Below, in pieces: positions 57,736 through 64,000 of a stretch of DNA of 64,000 bases. The DNA is from Fodinibius sp. Its GTDB lineage: Bacteria; Bacteroidota; Rhodothermia; Balneolales; Balneolaceae. Every line of letters begins with the position of its first letter. Positions within the stretch are counted from its first letter, which is position 1. The stretch lies in contig NZ_JAXHLU010000009.1 of the NCBI RefSeq assembly GCF_034521915.1, forward strand, positions 20,896 through 84,895. Reading direction: 5' to 3'. Position numbers and translations under genes: made by a program. Below the pieces are notes generated by a model. It worked only from the letters and a program-made list of their open reading frames with translations, made no database searches and had not been told where the DNA came from.

Positions 57736-59073
57736 TTAGTTAGAGTAAATTGAAGTTATCGGTTCTAATCGTTCCTGTTCACTGATTTTTATATTTCGTG
57801 TCTCAGAATATAGTAACTCCCCAGCTGGCGAATAATAGTGGAAGGTAACATCATGTTCTCCCGAAGGAAGCTTAACTACATTTGTATACACCTTGCCGGG
57901 CATTGTTTGCCAACCCCGGAGGTCGGCCTGCTCTGTAGCTTCACGGGCCCTGCCGCCCAGAAAACTTGCGACATCACCTGCTATAGACCCATACTCATCT
58001 TCAATGGCATCCGTAACTCCTTCTTGAGCCACAGATTTTAAAATCCCCCTGATCGTTGCCCGCGCAATAATAATGGGCTGTTTAATTTTAAATGTTTCCC
58101 GAGCCACCTTATCCATCTCTTCAATAATCTTTAACTCAGTACTCATGGTATCATTTATTACTACTTCAATAATACCCACATTTGTGGGTCGCATTTTTAG
58201 TTTGGGAATAGCAATTTTTACACCTTTTCCATCAAGATTAAAATCAGTATTAATACTAAAATCTACCTTGTCTGGAGCATTACCGCAAAAAGCCATTAAC
58301 ATTGTATTATACCGGTCGGGATGCTGCACTTTAGTAAACGTAGAATCAAACTTCAGCTTTGAGTCCGGTATTGCCTGATGATTATTTATGGCCTTCTTCA
58401 ATTTATTCATTTCGATCCGCGCGTCATCTTCTTCACCAGCTTTGGCATAAAGGGCACCTGCCAAGTAATGGCTTAAGGGACTATCATGAATACTGGAAGT
58501 GCCGGCCTCCCATTCTATATCCTTCTCCGTTGTATCAGACTCAGCCAAGGCACTTGCGTAATCGCTATATTTTTGCTCTGCTTCCGAAAGTTTTTGGGCA
58601 ATGCGCCGAGCTTCAACAAGGGCACTCTCAAAGTTATCCATTTTTAAATATCCCAAACTCTTAAATCCATTGAGATACACATCTTCGTAGACTTCTCCAT
58701 TATAGTTCAGCTGGGTATCGTTACTTATAAATGCACCAATCCCCGTTTTTATACTTTTTGTAAATAACTGATCTATATATTCTTCGGCATTGGTAAAAGA
58801 CTCAATGCTCTGTTCATAATCCCCCTTGAAATAATTAATTGTCCCTTTTTCCAAGGCATAAAGTACACGATCTTTAGCTTCATAGATCTGATTTTCTTTT
58901 AGGCTATCGGCAATATAATCAGCCCTTTCAAAATCACCTGACTGAAAGGAGACACGCATCTGTTTTTGACCATTCATTAATTTTTGCGAACCGCATGCCG
59001 ATACAAGCCCTGCAAAAACCACGAGCAGTAATCCTCCCGTTACCTTTCTACCAAACATGAAACTGATCCTCAT
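57736..59073 (-). CDS. COG3014-like TPR lipoprotein
   Basis: Lipobox VSA-C; LYALEKG, YNGEVYEDVYLN, ALVEARR, EQADLRGWQTMPG. Confidence 0.72.
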   Translation of the reverse strand: MRISFMFGRKVTGGLLLVVFAGLVSACGSQKLMNGQKQMRVSFQSGDFERADYIADSLKENQIYEAKDRVLYALEKGTINYFKGDYEQSIESFTNAEEYIDQLFTKSIKTGIGAFISNDTQLNYNGEVYEDVYLNGFKSLGYLKMDNFESALVEARRIAQKLSEAEQKYSDYASALAESDTTEKDIEWEAGTSSIHDSPLSHYLAGALYAKAGEEDDARIEMNKLKKAINNHQAIPDSKLKFDSTFTKVQHPDRYNTMLMAFCGNAPDKVDFSINTDFNLDGKGVKIAIPKLKMRPTNVGIIEVVINDTMSTELKIIEEMDKVARETFKIKQPIIIARATIRGILKSVAQEGVTDAIEDEYGSIAGDVASFLGGRAREATEQADLRGWQTMPGKVYTNVVKLPSGEHDVTFHYYSPAGELLYSETRNIKISEQERLEPITSIYSN

Positions 59074-59224
59074 GTACTTAATTAACCTTTTATCCCGATT
59101 AGGCTAATATTGCATTCCTAACCTGTCGTGGCTTTAAAAACTCGGTATATTTTTTCTCTCTTTTGAATCACATACTACAACAGATCTCAAAACTTTCTAA
59201 GATTAATAAATAACCTAACTGTAC

Positions 59225-59821
59225 TTACCATTTCACTTTATTCCGCTCAATCATCTTCTTTATCTTTTTATTGCCAATCCATGCCTTTCGATTAGATTCT
59301 ACATTTATCAATTCAAGATTGACAGTATAAAACTTGGCGGCCCGTGTCCCATCTAAATTCTTATCTACATTAGCTTCGATGCCACCAATCAACATATAAT
59401 CGGCACCAAGTTCTTGCGCAAGAGAAGCTGCAGACTCATAAGAAGCATGTTGCTGTTGGTCATCACGCTCAGCCCTAATCTGCGCTCGCTGGTCAGGATC
59501 TGCAACAATCTCCACCTTTTGACTGTTAACGATGGCTCGCTCTATTTCTTTGATAAAAATGTCCGTTCGGATATGCTCTGTCGTATTATTCCTGATATCT
59601 CCGACAATTAGAACCGGTGATTCTTCATTTTGTAACCACGCAGCCGAAAGAATATCAGAAGTCATATCTTCAGCCACCATACGGGCATCAGTGTCATTCC
59701 AATTTCCCGATAAATCTGACTGGGAAGCCGGATCTACTCTTTGAACACTTTGTGATGGACCGCATCCCCAAAAAAGAAATGCTGCAATTACCGTAGTTAG
59801 TATAAATCTTATAAAGGTCAT
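59225..59821 (-). CDS. LpoB-like (penicillin-binding protein activator family) lipoprotein
   Basis: Lipobox FWG-C; SGNWNDTDARMVAEDM, IRNNTTEHI, ERDDQQ, GADYMLIG, LELINVES...WIG. Confidence 0.8.
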   Translation of the reverse strand: MTFIRFILTTVIAAFLFWGCGPSQSVQRVDPASQSDLSGNWNDTDARMVAEDMTSDILSAAWLQNEESPVLIVGDIRNNTTEHIRTDIFIKEIERAIVNSQKVEIVADPDQRAQIRAERDDQQQHASYESAASLAQELGADYMLIGGIEANVDKNLDGTRAAKFYTVNLELINVESNRKAWIGNKKIKKMIERNKVKW

Positions 59822-60104
59822 AGGTTGACTCTCTTATATTTACTTATGAGATTTGTCCCCGTTTTATTTTTCGCCATCTAAGAACATGCTATTTTTCAAA
59901 TGAGATTTCAAATATTAATCTTATTTTTTGCAAAATTCCACCTACTACTTTTTACAATAAACTTTATTTTCTTGTGCGAAATAATTAAATATCTAAATTA
60001 TTTAACAAGAATAGGCCTTTTAAGCTGCAACTTAAATGTTTGTAACTCTGATAGTTAGAGGTTACCATTTATCAAAATAAATCATTTAATCTGGGGATTA
60101 AATT

Positions 60105-61724
60105 ATGATTCAAGGAACTATTAAAAATACTTTCCATTGCATTTTAGCTGCCTTTCTTATGATTTTGAGCATCTCTTTTAATAGTGCACAAGCCCAGGAT
60201 TTTGAAGAGTGGAAAGAAAACTACCTTCAAGAGTTCCAAGAGTTTCAAAATGAGTATGACAAAGAGTTTTATGAGATGCTTCAAAAAGGCTGGGAAGACT
60301 TTAAGTCGGAGCACAGCCCTGAGTTCTATAAAAAACCAAAACCCAGGCAACTTCCTGTTGTAGACGAACCCGACTCCCCGGATCCCAAACCCAAAAAACC
60401 ACAGGATGAAACCGATCCAAAAACAGACGATCAACAATCTCCAGAAACGGATCGGCCTCAAAAAATAAATAAAAGAACTACTTCTGAATCTCAGAAAGAG
60501 AACCCGACAAAAACCGAAAAAGATCAGAAGATTGAGGTTAAATCGGAATCTTTCAATCCCTCAAAAGGTATCACAGCCGACTTTAATCCAACCATCAAAA
60601 AAGCAAAACTTAACTCAAAGCAGCTTAAATACTTTGGAATTCCGATCAACTATAAATATTACGCCGCCTACGAAAAGCAATTAGAAAAACCGGTTAACCG
60701 CAAAGCCATTGCAGAATTCTGGAAACACCTAAGTACAAAAGACTATCCTTCTTTCCTGGAACAAATTCAGCAAGTTCGGACGCGCCTGTCGCTAAATGAC
60801 TTTGGATATGCCCAATTGCTACACAACATAGGGACTCAAATTTATGGCCAAAAGACCAATGAGGCTACCTTATTTACATGGTTTATGCTAACACAATCTG
60901 GTTTCGGCACCAAGGTAGCCTATAAAAACCAGAAGGTTTACCTACTGGTTAAAGCTACCCCGCACGTTTTCCGAAAATCGTTAACCCTGGATGGTTCAAA
61001 ATATTATGACATTCAATTAAGTGATGATTCTTCATCCCTTCCGGAAAGATTTTATACGTATAAAGGTCATCATGCTCATAAGGAGGGAAAGCCTATCAAT
61101 TTACTTTTTGAGAGATTTCCCATATTGCAGCCAAAACAGGAACAACGAAATCTAAAATTCACCTTCCGGGATTCCACTTATTCGATCAGCGTACCGGTAG
61201 ATCTCCAAACCGTTAACTACTTTAGGAATTATCCTCAGGCTGATTTAGAGCTCTATTTTGGAAGTCAGATAGAAAATAATGACACTCATTCACAGCTAAC
61301 CGAATCCCTAAAACCCCTCTTGGAGAGCAAATCTACCCTGGAGCAGGTAAACTTGTTACTCCGTTTTACCCAGCGGTCTTTTGAGTATCAAACTGATAGG
61401 GAGCAATTTAATACTGAGAAAAAGATGTTCCCCGTTGAGACTCTTTACTATCCGGCCTCTGACTGTGATGACCGAGCAATTATGCTTGGATACTTGCTTG
61501 ATCAGCTTACAGATCTCGATTATATCGTAGTTCGATATCCCGGCCATTTAACCCTTGCTGTTCAGTTTCCTGATGAAGAGCCAAGCGGCGAGCGTATTAA
61601 CGATCCCATCACATATAATGGAAAGCGCTACTATGTTTCCGATCCCACATACTTTGGGGCCGATGCCGGGATGATTATGCCGGATTATCGCAACATGCAA
61701 CCTTCTGAAATATTTGATCTGTAG
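60105..61724 (+). CDS. Secreted protein with transglutaminase-like (Cys-His-Asp) C-terminal domain
   Basis: Signal peptide (…AQA/QD), Pro/Lys-rich linker, SDCDDRA, YPGHLTLAV, YYVSDPT. Confidence 0.72.
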   Translation: MIQGTIKNTFHCILAAFLMILSISFNSAQAQDFEEWKENYLQEFQEFQNEYDKEFYEMLQKGWEDFKSEHSPEFYKKPKPRQLPVVDEPDSPDPKPKKPQDETDPKTDDQQSPETDRPQKINKRTTSESQKENPTKTEKDQKIEVKSESFNPSKGITADFNPTIKKAKLNSKQLKYFGIPINYKYYAAYEKQLEKPVNRKAIAEFWKHLSTKDYPSFLEQIQQVRTRLSLNDFGYAQLLHNIGTQIYGQKTNEATLFTWFMLTQSGFGTKVAYKNQKVYLLVKATPHVFRKSLTLDGSKYYDIQLSDDSSSLPERFYTYKGHHAHKEGKPINLLFERFPILQPKQEQRNLKFTFRDSTYSISVPVDLQTVNYFRNYPQADLELYFGSQIENNDTHSQLTESLKPLLESKSTLEQVNLLLRFTQRSFEYQTDREQFNTEKKMFPVETLYYPASDCDDRAIMLGYLLDQLTDLDYIVVRYPGHLTLAVQFPDEEPSGERINDPITYNGKRYYVSDPTYFGADAGMIMPDYRNMQPSEIFDL

Positions 61725-61733
61725 AACAACAAC

Positions 61734-63231
61734 TTATTTTTCAAATTCCACAAAAGCCTCCTCAATATTTTCAGGCTTTTGGGTATACAGGCTAACGAGC
61801 CACGTAGCCAAAAAACTTAAGAGAAAAGCGGGAATCAGCTCATACAGATTATCTTTTAATATGGGGATATAATACCAAACTATGGTCACTGCCGTTCCGG
61901 TAATTAATCCGGCAAAAACACCTTTGCGGGTCGTTCCCTTCCAATAAAGAGCAAGTATTGATGTAGGGCCAACTGCTGCCCCCAATCCTGCCCATGCAAA
62001 CAGTACCAGCCAAAACACCAGCTCCTGAGCAACCAAACTAAAGACCAGCGCTATGGCTACAAGTACTACTACAATAATTCGACTATAAAGTACCAACTTC
62101 CGCTGGGTAATCTCCTGACCTTTTTTAATAATCTTGTCATATAAATCACGAACCACCGATGATGCCGCCACCAGAAGCTGTGAATCTGCCGTAGACATAA
62201 TAGCCGCAAATATTGATGCGACTACGACCCCGAAAATTATGGGATGCAAGTGCTCTTGCGCCAGGGCGGGATAGAGATTTTCGGTATCACCGGCCGGCAG
62301 CAGTTCCACCTCCGGAAAATAAGCCCTGCCTGCCAGACCAATAAATATGGCACCCCATCCCATCAAGACATTCCATATTGTACCCAACCACAGCCGACCA
62401 TCGCAACTGCTTGGGATCGTCAATAGACATGTAACGAGAAAGAATGTGCGGATTGCCCGGTGATCCAAGCCCAATACCCAGAAATCCAAGGAATCCGCCA
62501 AAACCAATAGCCAATGGATCCACAAATCCAGCTTCCATGCTATTTAACTGCGATAAAACCTCGGGCAAACCACCTGCATCCCAGATAGCAATAAAGGGAA
62601 GCACCACCAATGCAAAAATCATAAAAATAGCTTGAAACATATCGGTAAGGCTGACAGCCAAAAATCCACCCAACACCGTATATCCCATAATAATAATAGC
62701 GGTGAGAATAATGCCGTTGGTTTGCGTAAGTCCAAAACTGGAGGCAAAAGCTTTGCCGCCCGCCACAAATTGAGCCGAAACATAACTGACCATAAAAATC
62801 AGAAATACAACAACCAATGCGATGCGCAGATAGCCATTTTTATCGTTGAATCGCTCAGCAAAAAAATCAGGTACGGTTATACAGTTATAGGTCTCCGAAA
62901 AATTACGGAGTCTCCGGGCGTAATACAGAAAAAGAAAAAGCTCGACAATAACATACCCCATCACAGCCCATACGGCCGAAGCACCCTGCGCATAGGCCAT
63001 ACCGGTTACGCCTACAAGAAGCCAGGCACTACGTCCCGATACCACTGCTGACAGAGCCACCACAAACCGATTTATCTGGCGTCCCCCAATAAAAAACTCG
63101 CTGATGCCTTCTGACGAAAAGCGGGAAGAATATATTCCTATTCCAACCAGCAGCAAGAGATATCCAATAAATGCTCCAACGGCATATTCATCGACCGCGA
63201 TCGAAATAGCCTGTGTTTCATCCATTGTCAC
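61734..63231 (-). pseudogene. putP: Sodium/proline symporter (SSS family), +1 frameshift at the CCC run 62383-62385
   Basis: N-part: FFIGGR, SGRSAWLLVG, TVPDFF, GGFLAVSLTD, LGSPGNPHILSRYM. C-part: AAIMSTADSQLL, WAGLGAA, YELIP. Span 1498 nt = 499 codons + 1; deleting one base gives VVGTIWNVLMG. Confidence 0.85.
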
Positions 63232-63254
63232 GGAATTTTACACGATAAGAAAGG

Positions 63255-63284
63255 GCCACTGCCAACCCAATGATTAGCAGTGGC
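63255..63284 (-). terminator. Probable terminator after gdh
   Basis: On the minus strand a 13-bp stem GCCACUGCUAAUC / GGUUGGCAGUGGC (two G-U pairs), followed by CCUUUCUU. Confidence 0.55.
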
Positions 63285-63353
63285 ACAACAAACATTATCA
63301 GATAAAATGAGGTCATAACTAACGACAGTTACAATCGCTGAGTCAATTATTAA

Positions 63354-64000
63354 TCATGGGAAAATACCCATCTGATTGTAAATAATACCTACCTTGTTAA
63401 TTGCATTTAGAAAGGCTGCCGTTCTTAAATCGATATCATGCTTTTTACGCAGCTCGTTAATCTCCTGATAAGCCACAACCATGGTTTCCTCAAGACCCGA
63501 ATCTACAAGCTCATATTCACCTGAACCGCTAGCGAGTTTTTCAAGCTCCTGTTCTGAAAAAGTGCGGTCAGAAATGTTTTCAATGACTCCCAGGATTTTG
63601 CGATAGCTGGTAGCTTCCGCCCTTTTTTCCATCCTTCCAAAACGGACGTGAGAAAGATTCTTCAGCCACTCGAAATAAGAAACTGTAACACCGCCGGCGT
63701 TGAGATAGTTGTCAGGGATAAGGAGGGCACCTCGTTTTTTCAGATATTCGTGCGCTTCGGTCGTTGTTGGTCCGTTGGCGGCCTCGGCAATAATCTTAGC
63801 CTGTATGCTTTTCATATTTTCGCTGTTGATCTGGTTCTCGAGAGCGGCCGGAACCAGGATGTCGCACTCCGCTTCCAGAACGGCTCCGCGGTCTTCTAAC
63901 TCCTCGGTATTTTCAAAACCGACAATAGATCCGGTGTCTTTCCGGAATTCCATTAGCTTTTCCAGATCGATTCCGTCTTTGTCGTAAATCGATCCTTCGT
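63354..64000 (-). CDS. gdhA: Glutamate dehydrogenase (Glu/Leu/Phe/Val family), C-terminal part
   Basis: CDILVPAALENQI, IIAEAANGPTT, LIPDNYLNAGGVTVSYFEWLKNL; the frame runs off the window end. Confidence 0.93.
   Translation of the reverse strand, partial: EGSIYDKDGIDLEKLMEFRKDTGSIVGFENTEELEDRGAVLEAECDILVPAALENQINSENMKSIQAKIIAEAANGPTTTEAHEYLKKRGALLIPDNYLNAGGVTVSYFEWLKNLSHVRFGRMEKRAEATSYRKILGVIENISDRTFSEQELEKLASGSGEYELVDSGLEETMVVAYQEINELRKKHDIDLRTAAFLNAINKVGIIYNQMGIFP

Noticed and set aside
54552-61724. Horizontal island status for the lipoprotein cluster based on AT-richness
   Set aside because: It looks AT-rich by eye, but so does 46.7-51.5 kb; GC was not computed, and no flanking repeats, tRNA or integrase were found.
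1-64000. CRISPR array, rRNA or tRNA genes
   Set aside because: No constant repeat with unique spacers, and no tRNA or rRNA signatures seen by eye; the repeats present are palindromic or period-7 types. A tRNAscan/Infernal run would be needed to exclude small RNAs fully.

Overview
A 64-kb, mostly housekeeping chromosomal segment of a Bacteroidota-related bacterium. Gene content and protein style suggest Balneolaceae/Rhodothermaeota (inference, not a database result). It carries secA (partial), rpmH-rnpA-yidD-yidC, prolidase, a membrane-anchored MurF-like ligase, CCA enzyme, ispE, glgP, topA, amn, radC, argS, serA, dnaN, miaA, purS/clpS/purQ, lptB, a short Rho, comA, glgB, a frameshifted putP and gdh (partial). 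Accessory content: (i) an IS30 (7534-8632, TAA duplication) that splits a beta-barrel gene; (ii) an IS481 (14789-16111, CTTTA duplication) inserted at the exact centre of a palindrome; (iii) three tandem DUF2975-like genes with an HTH gene and an ABC exporter; (iv) a decayed GxxExxY/four-helix-bundle cassette between inverted 7-nt-period arrays, plus similar arrays without cargo; (v) several REP-like palindrome families; (vi) an uncharacterised envelope cluster at 54.5-61.7 kb (LpoB-like, COG3014-like, two LPP20-like lipoproteins, an MltC-like lytic transglycosylase, a divergent secreted transglutaminase-fold protein). The envelope cluster is the best candidate for an undescribed system. I saw no rRNA, tRNA or CRISPR array. 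All family assignments come from motif recognition by eye; no searches were run.
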